Source: Chlamydiales bacterium (GTDB taxonomy: Bacteria; Chlamydiota; Chlamydiia; Chlamydiales; JACKPQ01). Taken from it: a DNA stretch of 64,000 bases. The notes under the pieces were generated by a model that did not search any database, was not told the DNA's origin, and saw only the letters and a program-made list of their open reading frames with translations. Shown here in pieces: positions 45,559 to 54,016 of this stretch. The position numbers were made by a program, and so were the translations under genes. Location: contig JACKPQ010000001.1 in the NCBI GenBank assembly GCA_024233435.1, positions 590,772 through 654,771 on the forward strand, in the 5' to 3' direction. Position 1 is the stretch's first letter, and the number at the start of each line of letters is the position of its first letter.

Positions 45559-46573
45559 AGGGATTGGACATATTGAGCCCATCAATAGCATTGACATCAA
45601 GGCGCAAGTCACCGGCGTGATGACCGACTACTATTTTACGCGTGGAAAGGATGTCAAAAAAGGAGATCTGCTCATTTCAATTGACCCCCGTCCTTTTCAA
45701 GCCGAAGTGCAACGGCAAGAAGCTACACTTGTAAAAACAAATGCCTCACTTAAGTTTGCCGAAGACACAGCCCGTCGCAACACTCCCCTTGCTCAAGATG
45801 AGTACATCTCTCAAAACACATACGATAACCTTGTTACAAATGTATTGACAGGTGATGCATCTGTTAAAGAGACGCAAGCGCAGCTTGAAGAAGCTCGCAT
45901 CCGCTTAGGCTATTGCTCTATCTACGCTCCGATGGATGGACGAACCAGTGACTTACTTGTCGATCCGGGCAACCTGGTTTTAGAAAATGCAAATCAACCT
46001 TTAGTAACACTTAACCAAATTACCCCCATCTATGCGACTTTTTCAGTCAGTGAGCGCTACTTGCCCAGAATTCAGCGGAAACTGAAAATCTCTCCTCCTC
46101 CTGTTCTTGCATGGGTAGATGATAAGCTATGTCCTCCCTTTGAGGGAACCTTAGACTTGATTGACAATACCGTCGATGTCTCAACGGGCATGGTGATGAT
46201 GAAGGCTAACATGCCCAATGAAGAAATGCTTTTGTGGCCAGGGCAATTTGTCACTTGCCATATCGTTATGGACATGCTCGAAAATGCTCTCTTAATTCCA
46301 GATGCTGCAATCTTAATCAACTCAAAGCATGGCAAATACACCTACGTTGTGACAAAAGACAATAAGGTTGAAAAGCGCGATATTGAAGTTGGCCAGCGCC
46401 ATCCCCCAGGCGTAAGCGTCATCTGCTCAGGCCTCAATCCCGGTGAGCAAGTTGTCTTAGAAGGGCAAGTCAATATCACCGATGGGATGAGCGTCATCGT
46501 CAAACAGACCAAAACTGCTGAAGAAGCAGTAGAGGTTGAAATGCAACTTGAAGAATTAGGAATGCCCCCATGA
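45422..46573 (+). CDS. RND efflux periplasmic adaptor (membrane fusion protein)
   Basis: 383 aa. The lipoprotein signal is LLLVAALGGCKK. Family segments are GDLLISIDPRPFQAE, LGYCSIYAPMDGR and the IPDAAI...V beta-barrel pattern. A 4-nt overlap joins it to the RND gene. Confidence 0.88.
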   Translation: MMKKIGFVLLLVAALGGCKKKPQHPKPIPSVTTTPVIQKTVPLYIEGIGHIEPINSIDIKAQVTGVMTDYYFTRGKDVKKGDLLISIDPRPFQAEVQRQEATLVKTNASLKFAEDTARRNTPLAQDEYISQNTYDNLVTNVLTGDASVKETQAQLEEARIRLGYCSIYAPMDGRTSDLLVDPGNLVLENANQPLVTLNQITPIYATFSVSERYLPRIQRKLKISPPPVLAWVDDKLCPPFEGTLDLIDNTVDVSTGMVMMKANMPNEEMLLWPGQFVTCHIVMDMLENALLIPDAAILINSKHGKYTYVVTKDNKVEKRDIEVGQRHPPGVSVICSGLNPGEQVVLEGQVNITDGMSVIVKQTKTAEEAVEVEMQLEELGMPP

Positions 46574-49500
46574 ACATTTGTAAGCCGTTCATTCAGCGCC
46601 CTGTCATGACAACACTTGTCATGGTCTCAATCTTGTTCTTCGGGATTAACGCCTATTTTAGTCTACCCGTTGCAGACCTGCCCGATGTTGAATACCCAAC
46701 AATTCAAGTGACAACTCCCTATCCAGGAGCCAGTCCAGAGCTGATGGCAGACCGCGTCACCACGCCCTTAGAGCGACAATTTGCCACAATTGAAGGAATC
46801 CAGACTATTTCATCATTGAGCAATTCGGGCAATTCTACAATCGTGCTCCAATTTCATTTGGATGTTCCAATTGATGGCGCTGCAACAGATGTGCTCGCTG
46901 CGATCAACGCCGCGCAACCAAATCTTCCCCGCGACCTCCCAAGTCAACCTACTTATAAAAAAGTCAACCCCTCTCAAACACCGATTCTTTACTACGTTGT
47001 TGCCTCAAATGACGTCTCCCTCGGATCACTATATGAATACGCCTACACCTACTTAGGTTTGCGCATGTCTCTTGTTAACGGTGTCAGCGAAATCAATACA
47101 TACGGCTCGCCATATGCCGTGCGCGTGCAAGTGGATCCAGCAGCACTTGCCGCACGCGGCATTGGCATTAACGAGGTTGCCACAACCATTGTCAATGCCA
47201 ACCCTGATTTACCAGTCGGCGTTCTTTATGGACCCAACGTAGAATTCAACATCGATTCAAATGGCCAAATAGGCAATGCTAAAGGCTACGAGTCTTTGAT
47301 CATTCGCAATAATAACGGAAACATGGTGCGTATCTCCGATGTAGGTCGCGCTTTGGATAGCACTCAAGCTGACAAACTACAACTGAACTATTTTAATGAA
47401 GATGGCAAAAAAGAGTCGTGCATTGTTTTAGCCGTTATTAAAGAAGCTGGGCAAAACGCTATTAAAGTGATTGACGGAATTCAATCGATGATGCCCTCTC
47501 TTCTTAAGTCAATTCCTAAAGAGGTCAATGTCTACACACTTTTTGATCAATCAGAATGGATCATGGACTCCGTCCATGATGTTCAAACAACACTTTTTAT
47601 CGCCTTTATCCTCGTCTGTTTAGTGATTTTCTTCTATTTAGGAAAAGTTGTGAACACAATCATCCCTCTAGTTGCAATCCCCATGGCCATTATCGGCACC
47701 TTTATGGTCATGTATCTGCTTGACTTCAGTATCGATATGCTCTCGCTGATGGCCCTTACCCTTTCTATTGGCTTTTTAGTCGATGACGCTATCATCGTGC
47801 TTGAAAACGTTTTTCGCCACATTCAAATGGGCAAAAACCGCATGCAAGCAGCCCTCGATGGGTCTTCTCAAATTGCCTTTACCGTCGTTTCAACCACACT
47901 TAGCCTTTGGTCAGTTTTTATTCCGATGATCTTCATGGGAGGTCTTGTCGGACGCATCTTCCGTGAGTTTGCCATTACCATTATCGTCGCAGTCCTCTTC
48001 TCATCGCTGATCGCGCTGACACTTACCCCATTGCTTTGCTCTCGTTTTGTTGCAGAAGCCCATAACGATAAAAAGAAAAACTGGCTTGAAAAAATATCTG
48101 ATAAGGTCAATAACGGCCTGCTCAATCTTTACAAGCGCTGCTTTACAAAAGTGTTAAACTGGCAAAAGCTAACCCTTTTAGTTGGTCTAGGGTGCGTTGT
48201 TGTTTCAGGCTACCTATTTGTGTCCTTGCCCAAAGACTTTTTCCCAGCCCAAGATCTAGGTTTTATTCAAGGATTTTCCCAATCACTGGACGGTACATCG
48301 CCCTTTAAAATGATCGCTTATCAAAATGAAATCGACGAGAAAATAAAACAGAATAAGAATGTTGAAAGTTTTGTCAGTGTAGGAGCCTACCCCACAGATA
48401 ACCAAGGGATTATGTTTGTACGCTTAAAGCCTTATAAAAAGCGTCAATCCATGCGCGATGTCATCATTGAGCTCCTCCCAGAATTTAACAGCATTCCGGG
48501 TGTGCAGGCCTTCTTAAGGCCGCTCCCCTTGATGAGTCTTGATGTAGGAACATCATCTGCGCAAGGTGCATATCAATACAACCTTCAGAGTTTTGACAGC
48601 GCAGGTCTTTATACAAGCGCTCAAAAACTCATCGAAAAGCTCAAGCAAACGCCCGGCTTTATCCAAGTTTCAAGCAATATGCACATTGCAGAGCCCCAGC
48701 TCAAAATCAATATCGATCGGGACCGCGCCTATGATCTCAATGTTAGTGCCAACGACATCGAGCAAGCCTTGATGCTCGCCTATTCTGGGGGAAAAATCAC
48801 AACCATCAACTCCCCCATTGATCAGTATGATGTCATTATCGAAACACTCCCTGGCAGCTATAAAGATCCAGGAAAGCTAAACTTGCTATACGTTAGCGCC
48901 AATGCAAATAACCCCAACCCCCCTCAGACGCAGCAAACCAATCCAACACAGCAGACCAAAGCTAGAGGCGCAACTCAAGTCCCGTTAAGCTCTGTAACCA
49001 CTTGGAATGAATCAATCGGACCACTTCTCATTAACCACTTCAATACACAAACCTCTGTCACCATCACCTTTGACCTCGATAACATCGCCCTCTCTGATGC
49101 TTTGCTTACCCTAGATAGCTACGCTCAAGAGGTGATGCCATCAACTGTAACATCTGAAGTTGTTGGATCAGCACAAGTCTTCCAATCCTCCTTTGCAGAC
49201 ATTTCATTCCTCTTCATCATCGCCGTTTTTGTGATCTACGTGATCCTAGGCATTCTCTACGAAGATTTTGTTCATCCCATGACTGTGATGTCTGCGCTAC
49301 CCCCAGCCACAGTCGGCGCGATGCTCACCCTCGTCCTCTTTGGTGAGACCCTCTCTTTTTACGCCATGGTCGGAATCATCATGCTAGTTGGAATTGTGCT
49401 CAAAAACGGAATCATGATGATTGACTTTGCAGAAGATTATATGAAATCAGGAGAGAAGGGATACGTTGAAGCCATTACAGCAGCCTGCTACGACCGCCTA

Positions 49501-49728
49501 AGGCCCATTCTCATGACGACATTTTCAACCTTTATGGGAGCCCTTCCCATCGCTATTGGCATTGGTGGTTCCACAGCTGAAGGGCGCATTCCGCTTGGTT
49601 TGTGCATCTGCGGCGGCCTCCTCTTTTCCCAAGTCCTAACCCTTTTCCTAACTCCTATCATCTTCATCCACCTCGAGCGCATCCGCGAGCGCCTCACCAA
49701 GAAAAAGTTGAAGACAACTGAAAGCTAA
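46570..49728 (+). CDS. RND multidrug efflux transporter (AcrB/MexB HAE1-like)
   Basis: 1052 aa. Motifs are FIQRPVMTTL, YPGASPE, the TM4 segment GFLVDDAIIVLENVFRH and TM10 GIVLKNGIMMIDFA. It has the 12-TM layout with two large periplasmic loops. Confidence 0.93.
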   Translation: MNICKPFIQRPVMTTLVMVSILFFGINAYFSLPVADLPDVEYPTIQVTTPYPGASPELMADRVTTPLERQFATIEGIQTISSLSNSGNSTIVLQFHLDVPIDGAATDVLAAINAAQPNLPRDLPSQPTYKKVNPSQTPILYYVVASNDVSLGSLYEYAYTYLGLRMSLVNGVSEINTYGSPYAVRVQVDPAALAARGIGINEVATTIVNANPDLPVGVLYGPNVEFNIDSNGQIGNAKGYESLIIRNNNGNMVRISDVGRALDSTQADKLQLNYFNEDGKKESCIVLAVIKEAGQNAIKVIDGIQSMMPSLLKSIPKEVNVYTLFDQSEWIMDSVHDVQTTLFIAFILVCLVIFFYLGKVVNTIIPLVAIPMAIIGTFMVMYLLDFSIDMLSLMALTLSIGFLVDDAIIVLENVFRHIQMGKNRMQAALDGSSQIAFTVVSTTLSLWSVFIPMIFMGGLVGRIFREFAITIIVAVLFSSLIALTLTPLLCSRFVAEAHNDKKKNWLEKISDKVNNGLLNLYKRCFTKVLNWQKLTLLVGLGCVVVSGYLFVSLPKDFFPAQDLGFIQGFSQSLDGTSPFKMIAYQNEIDEKIKQNKNVESFVSVGAYPTDNQGIMFVRLKPYKKRQSMRDVIIELLPEFNSIPGVQAFLRPLPLMSLDVGTSSAQGAYQYNLQSFDSAGLYTSAQKLIEKLKQTPGFIQVSSNMHIAEPQLKINIDRDRAYDLNVSANDIEQALMLAYSGGKITTINSPIDQYDVIIETLPGSYKDPGKLNLLYVSANANNPNPPQTQQTNPTQQTKARGATQVPLSSVTTWNESIGPLLINHFNTQTSVTITFDLDNIALSDALLTLDSYAQEVMPSTVTSEVVGSAQVFQSSFADISFLFIIAVFVIYVILGILYEDFVHPMTVMSALPPATVGAMLTLVLFGETLSFYAMVGIIMLVGIVLKNGIMMIDFAEDYMKSGEKGYVEAITAACYDRLRPILMTTFSTFMGALPIAIGIGGSTAEGRIPLGLCICGGLLFSQVLTLFLTPIIFIHLERIRERLTKKKLKTTES

Positions 49729-49762
49729 TAGCCCGACTTGAGCTCTATTTTGCAGCTAACCG

Positions 49763-50632
49763 TTACGGTCTGGGGTGGAAGGCATCGAATGCTGAATGCA
49801 GGTGATTGTCGCAGATGTGCGTGTAGCGGTCAGTTGTCGCAATGCTTGAATGACCAAGCATCTCTTGAATAATGCGCAAATCAGCTCCCCCTTCAAGCAG
49901 ATGCGTTGCAAATGAGTGGCGCAGCGAGTGGGGAGAAATTGTTTTTGTAATGTTTGCCACTTGAGCGTAATGCTTAATGCGCCGCCAGACTTGATGGCGG
50001 TCTATGCGCTTATTTTTGCGCGTTAAAAACAAAGCCCCTTCACCCTCACCGCGCCCCTTTAAAAGGTATTGATCAATGGCCTCTAGAGCCGGCTTGCCAA
50101 TTGGCACAATGCGCTCTTTACTCCCCTTTCCAAGCACGCGAATTGCATCATCACCAATGTGCTTAACATCGAGCCCGCAAATTTCACTGACGCGGATGCC
50201 ACAGGCATATAAAACCTCTAGAATAGCTCTATCGCGCAGACCGATGACTGTTGCGGTATCCGGCGCAGCAAGCAATGCTTTGACCTCATCAAAATGAAGA
50301 ATTTCTGGAATCAGCTGCCAAAGTTTGGGAGTGCTCATAAGCGATGTGATATCTTTTTTGACAATATCTTCACGCACTAAAAATCGGTAAAACATCCGAA
50401 TAGAAATAAACGTGCGCGCAACAGAGCTTGGGCTAAAAGTTTTGCGCATATTTAAGAGAAACTCGATAAGATTATCTTCAGAAACTGTTTCCAGAGGCCT
50501 TTCTTGTAAGAAGGCTTTCAGGTCACTTTTGTAGGCTGTTATCGTATTGGGTGCTAGTCCCTTTTCCGCTGCAAGAAAGCTTAGAAAATTTTGTAAAACT
50601 ACACTTTGAACCATGGTATCAGCATATACCAT
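49763..50632 (-). CDS. xerD: Tyrosine site-specific recombinase XerD
   Basis: 289 aa. It resembles E. coli XerD as I remember it: EKGLAPNTITAYKSDL, ILEVLYACGIRVSEICGL, GKGSKERIVP, IKHYA, HSLRHSFATHLLEGGADLRIIQEMLGHSSIATTDRYTH and the C-terminal FHPRP. The start may be the second Met, at 50614. Confidence 0.85.
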   Translation of the reverse strand: MVYADTMVQSVVLQNFLSFLAAEKGLAPNTITAYKSDLKAFLQERPLETVSEDNLIEFLLNMRKTFSPSSVARTFISIRMFYRFLVREDIVKKDITSLMSTPKLWQLIPEILHFDEVKALLAAPDTATVIGLRDRAILEVLYACGIRVSEICGLDVKHIGDDAIRVLGKGSKERIVPIGKPALEAIDQYLLKGRGEGEGALFLTRKNKRIDRHQVWRRIKHYAQVANITKTISPHSLRHSFATHLLEGGADLRIIQEMLGHSSIATTDRYTHICDNHLHSAFDAFHPRP

Positions 50633-50635
50633 TAA

Positions 50636-50941
50636 TAGCTCAACTTGCTACCTATTCTTGCTTAGATACGCTAGCGAAATAAGCCAGATGCAAGTTGAAG
50701 GATGAAGGCAAGGTGTAAACACCTTGCCGAAGATGGAAACAAAGCAGATGGCTTATTACAGCAAGTATATAAGTAAGTATGAGTTATGCAGTAATAAAGT
50801 AGCCAATTAGGCTGAGTGCAAAGCACGATCTACGGCGCTTCGCTCCTTGTCAAGGTGTAAACACCTTGACGTGCGTTGCTCATCTTGTATCTCGCACCTT
50901 TCGCTCAGCCTTCTTGACTGAATAGGTAGCAAGTTGAGCTA
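50636..50941. repeat. 306-bp MITE-like structured element, family C, with perfect 22-bp terminal inverted repeats
   Basis: The left terminus is TAGCTCAACTTGCTACCTATTC (50636-50657). The right terminus is GAATAGGTAGCAAGTTGAGCTA (50920-50941), its perfect reverse complement. The interior holds two long imperfect hairpins (about 50678-50757 and 50810-50910). Each is capped by the same 18-bp palindrome CAAGGTGTAAACACCTTG (50709-50726 and 50851-50868). Confidence 0.85.
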
Positions 50942-50979
50942 ATACCAATTCTGGAAAATATTGAATGCTAAAGATTCAA

Positions 50980-51927
50980 TTAACGCGTGTACAACAGCGC
51001 AGTTATTGCCAATGCAGCTATTACTCCTACAGAAAGAGCCACTAAATAAAGATCATAAGCTCGGTTTACACTTCTTAGATCACTCATGAATCCATTGATG
51101 ACATTGGCACGATTCGCGAGCGAAAAAAGGCGGCTACCAGCTTCCAAGAGCATTGTTCCTTGCTCAGGCTTTAAGTTGTAAAGAACACAAGAAGCAAGAG
51201 TAATTGCAATCACAACCGCATGAACAGCTTCTATACAAGCCCCCTGCTGCAGCGTCAAATCAAGCTTTTCTAACTCATTATTTTTAAGGTGTTCGATAGC
51301 TTCATGCCCCAGTGTACGCATTAAAGCGAGTTCTGCCCCTTGGATTTCATCTGCATTGGCTATTTGTCTGCCTTTAAGCAGGCTTGCATCGATCTGCAAA
51401 TGCCCTTTGAGAAAATCAGCTCTGGCTTTTTGGTCTTTGCACATCCAAATATAGAAATAGAGCAAAAACACCTCAAATTTCGAAACTAAGAGTTTAGAAC
51501 CATATAATCCAGCAATAATGTGAGGGACGCTTTTAAACAGTTCCTCCCCTACCAAGCTATTTGCACCATCGCCAGATGAATCTAGTGCAAGGGATTCAAC
51601 TAGCAAATATGCTTCAAAAGCTCTAACAACTCCACGAGTAGAAGCTATTGCGTGGGAAATAAACCCAAATTTATCCTTCTTCTCATAAGATTCGAAGGCC
51701 TCATGAGTGCTTTTTAAGGCTGAGAGAGGTGAAGAAATTAGGCGCAGCCCCTTCGAATATTTCAATGGCTCAATAAAAGCAGGCGGCTCAATGCCAAAGT
51801 GGTTTTGACCAAGCCCTGCAATGAACTTAGCAAGCCCACTTAGAGCAATTGGGATATTGGTGGCTACCACACTCGCATCTGCAACTCTAGTTAAGATTGG
51901 ATGTGATTTTTGATCTATAGTTTTCAT
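50980..51927 (-). CDS. Orphan membrane protein, tandem paralog family (short member)
   Basis: 315 aa. It is collinear with the 400-aa neighbour: GIEPPAFIEPLKYSKGLRLISSP, FISHAIAS, LLVESLA and KFEVFLLYFYIWMCKDQKARADFLKGHLQ. The C-terminal TM is LVALSVGVIAALAITALLY. Confidence 0.7.
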   Translation of the reverse strand: MKTIDQKSHPILTRVADASVVATNIPIALSGLAKFIAGLGQNHFGIEPPAFIEPLKYSKGLRLISSPLSALKSTHEAFESYEKKDKFGFISHAIASTRGVVRAFEAYLLVESLALDSSGDGANSLVGEELFKSVPHIIAGLYGSKLLVSKFEVFLLYFYIWMCKDQKARADFLKGHLQIDASLLKGRQIANADEIQGAELALMRTLGHEAIEHLKNNELEKLDLTLQQGACIEAVHAVVIAITLASCVLYNLKPEQGTMLLEAGSRLFSLANRANVINGFMSDLRSVNRAYDLYLVALSVGVIAALAITALLYTR

Positions 51928-51936
51928 GCTATAATA

Positions 51937-51965
51937 ATTATAACAAATATTTTATTATATGTAAA
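51937..51965 (-). promoter_or_regulatory. Extended -10 promoter candidate (TTTACA-N17-TATAAT with a TGT upstream extension) abutting the start codon
   Basis: The minus-strand reading is TTTACA TATAATAAAATATTTGT TATAAT TATTATAGC ATG. The -10 hexamer ends 9 nt before the ATG at 51927 and there is no SD. The 16-mer TGTTATAATTATTATA is identical to 56336-56351. Confidence 0.5.
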
Positions 51966-52054
51966 TAATTATTATTTTAATAGCTTAAGAAGACGATTCT
52001 GCACATCCCTTTGTACAAGAAATTAGATTAGATATAGCTTCAAGCAACCCTTCT

Positions 52055-53257
52055 TCAGCTAGAGAACTCAGGAAGGCTTGAAAAATCATATTTGGGATCA
52101 GGGCATCGCTTAGCCTTGTTGTAGGTATACGCCATAGAGCACACAGACAACATAAATAGGGTTGCAATAGCCCCAGAAGATTGAGTTGACGGGTAAATAG
52201 CTGCAGCAACAATTGCCATAGCCGTTGTCAACCCGGCACCTAACGTCACTAAATATTGGTCATACGCCTGACTCGGGCTTCTTAAATCTTTAATTTCCAA
52301 GCTAATAGACATAATCCGGTCAACAAGCGAAGCTAGGTCAATGCCAACATTGACAAGCATCTGCAACTGCTCTGGTATTAAGGCGTTATGGGAAAGAACC
52401 CAATAAGCGATAGCACATAAAGCAAAAGCAACCCGCGCAACCTCAATGCAAGCCCCCCTCTTAAGAATCGAATCAAGATTGCCTAGTTCATTCTTTTTAA
52501 GGCACTTAACAGCTTTAGAGCCAAGCGCACGCTTTAAAGCGCTTTTTGCGCCTTGCATTTTGTCAAAATAGTCTAACTTTTGGCCATCGGTTAAAGTCTT
52601 AGAAATGCGAATATCCTTTGGCAATGACTTTATTTTATCATGTTGATTTATCGCTTCATAAGCTATAGCACTTATTTTTTTATCAATAAGAGAAGATACA
52701 TCGACTTCCAAACGCCCTTTGAGAAAATCAGCTCTGGCATTTTGATCCTTGCACATCCAAATTTGGAAATGTAGCGAAAGCACCTCAAATTTAGAGATCA
52801 AAAGCTTTCCATACCTCAATCCATCGATAATGAGAGTGATATGAATCGAACACTTGAAAACAGCCTGTCCTAGATAGCTTGTCGCACCTTCATGAATCGC
52901 GCCTATTGCAATGGATTCAACGAGCAGTAGTATTTTAAATGTTTTAATAGTCCCACTTGCAGAAGCTATTGCGTGGCCAATAAACCCGATTGTATCGCTC
53001 TGCTTATAAGCGTTCAGTGCCTCCTGAGTAGCTTTTAGCGCTATGATGGGTGAGGAAATGAGCTTAAGGCTCTTAGAAAACTTTAAAGACTCAATAACAG
53101 CAGGAGGCTCGATGTTTAAGTATTTTTGCCCTAGGCTTGTGATGAGCTTAGCCCCCCCGCAAAGGGTAACTGGCATATTGACAGCTGCTAGACTCGAGTC
53201 AGAAAAATTCGAGGCAAATGTTAGAATTGACTGACCGGTTTGCTTTATTGTTTCCAT
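52055..53257 (-). CDS. Orphan membrane protein, tandem paralog family (long member)
   Basis: 400 aa. It shares blocks with the 315-aa neighbour: NIEPPAVIESLKFSKSLKLISSP, FIGHAIAS, LLVESIA and KFEVLSLHFQIWMCKDQNARADFLKGRLE. It also carries an internal insertion and a C-terminal extension. Confidence 0.7.
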   Translation of the reverse strand: METIKQTGQSILTFASNFSDSSLAAVNMPVTLCGGAKLITSLGQKYLNIEPPAVIESLKFSKSLKLISSPIIALKATQEALNAYKQSDTIGFIGHAIASASGTIKTFKILLLVESIAIGAIHEGATSYLGQAVFKCSIHITLIIDGLRYGKLLISKFEVLSLHFQIWMCKDQNARADFLKGRLEVDVSSLIDKKISAIAYEAINQHDKIKSLPKDIRISKTLTDGQKLDYFDKMQGAKSALKRALGSKAVKCLKKNELGNLDSILKRGACIEVARVAFALCAIAYWVLSHNALIPEQLQMLVNVGIDLASLVDRIMSISLEIKDLRSPSQAYDQYLVTLGAGLTTAMAIVAAAIYPSTQSSGAIATLFMLSVCSMAYTYNKAKRCPDPKYDFSSLPEFSS

Positions 53258-53266
53258 ATGCCAACA

Positions 53267-53295
53267 AATATAAAATACAATATAATTTAGGTCAA
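53267..53295 (-). promoter_or_regulatory. Promoter candidate (TTGACC-N17-TATATT) abutting the start codon
   Basis: The minus-strand reading is TTGACC TAAATTATATTGTATTT TATATT TGTTGGCAT ATG. The -10 hexamer ends 9 nt before the ATG at 53257 and there is no SD. Confidence 0.4.
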
Positions 53296-53305
53296 TTCAT
53301 TGAAA

Positions 53306-53914
53306 TTATTTAATAATATTAAATATTTCTTTAAATACTGCAGATTTAGATTGGTTGGCATTTACATGGCGCACAAGACCAGCAGGATAGCATTCAAGCA
53401 CCTCTTTTGTCTGCTTCTCGTAAACCTTAAACCTTTCTCTTAAAATAGCTTCATCTTTGTCATCAGAGCGCCCTTCCAATTCAGCGCGCTTTGAAAGGCG
53501 ATCTACAAGCACCTCAACATCAGGCACTTCTAATAGTAGAATTAACTGAACGTCCACACGTTCTTTTAGCACCTCTGCCTGTCTTTTTGTTCTTGGAATT
53601 CCATCAAGCAAAAGTATTTGGCGCTCAGGCACATAAGAACCACTTGCCGCTAAGGCTTTTACATGCTCCTCAATGATCTTTATCGTAACCTCATCAGGAA
53701 CCAACTGCCCCTTACTAGCATACTGGTGAAATAGCCGGCCCCCTTTAGAATCAGGATCTAGACTTCTAAATACATCGCCTGACGAAATATGGACATATTC
53801 AGCTTCTTCATTAAGTGCTTTGCCAATTGTGCCCTTCCCAGACCCGGGAGGCCCAAATAAAAGCACAGCTTTAAGCCGTTTGTTTTCAGAATCTTCAGTC
53901 ATAAAACGCATCAT
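53306..53914 (-). CDS. adk: Adenylate kinase (short LID type)
   Basis: 202 aa. The P-loop is LLFGPPGSGKGT. Other family segments are ISSGDVFR, LVPDEV, LLDGIPRT..QAE and RSDD. Confidence 0.88.
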   Translation of the reverse strand: MMRFMTEDSENKRLKAVLLFGPPGSGKGTIGKALNEEAEYVHISSGDVFRSLDPDSKGGRLFHQYASKGQLVPDEVTIKIIEEHVKALAASGSYVPERQILLLDGIPRTKRQAEVLKERVDVQLILLLEVPDVEVLVDRLSKRAELEGRSDDKDEAILRERFKVYEKQTKEVLECYPAGLVRHVNANQSKSAVFKEIFNIIK

Positions 53915-53955
53915 ACCCGAAAATCATCTTTTCTGCAATCCCCACCTTCACAGGC

Positions 53956-53984
53956 TTGCAAATATATAAAATATATGTTATAAT
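53956..53984 (+). promoter_or_regulatory. Near-consensus sigma-70/66 promoter (TTGCAA-N17-TATAAT, extended TGT)
   Basis: TTGCAA lies at 53956-53961, followed by a 17-nt spacer ending in TGT and TATAAT at 53979-53984. This is 32 nt upstream of the ATG at 54017, which is preceded by AAAGG. Confidence 0.55.
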
Positions 53985-54016
53985 ATAATAAATAATAGTT
54001 GTTAATAAAGGTTAAT

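Noticed and set aside
50636-50657. Resemblance of TAGCTCAACTTGCTACC to a tRNA D-arm (TAGCTCAGTTGGTAGAGC).
   Set aside because: No acceptor stem, anticodon arm or GTTCGAATC-like T-arm follows. The sequence is simply one terminus of the 306-bp inverted-repeat element.
40957-50941. The repeated palindromes as a CRISPR array.
   Set aside because: The copies are not regularly spaced direct repeats with unique spacers. They are inverted repeats of three unrelated families scattered over tens of kb, and no cas genes are present.
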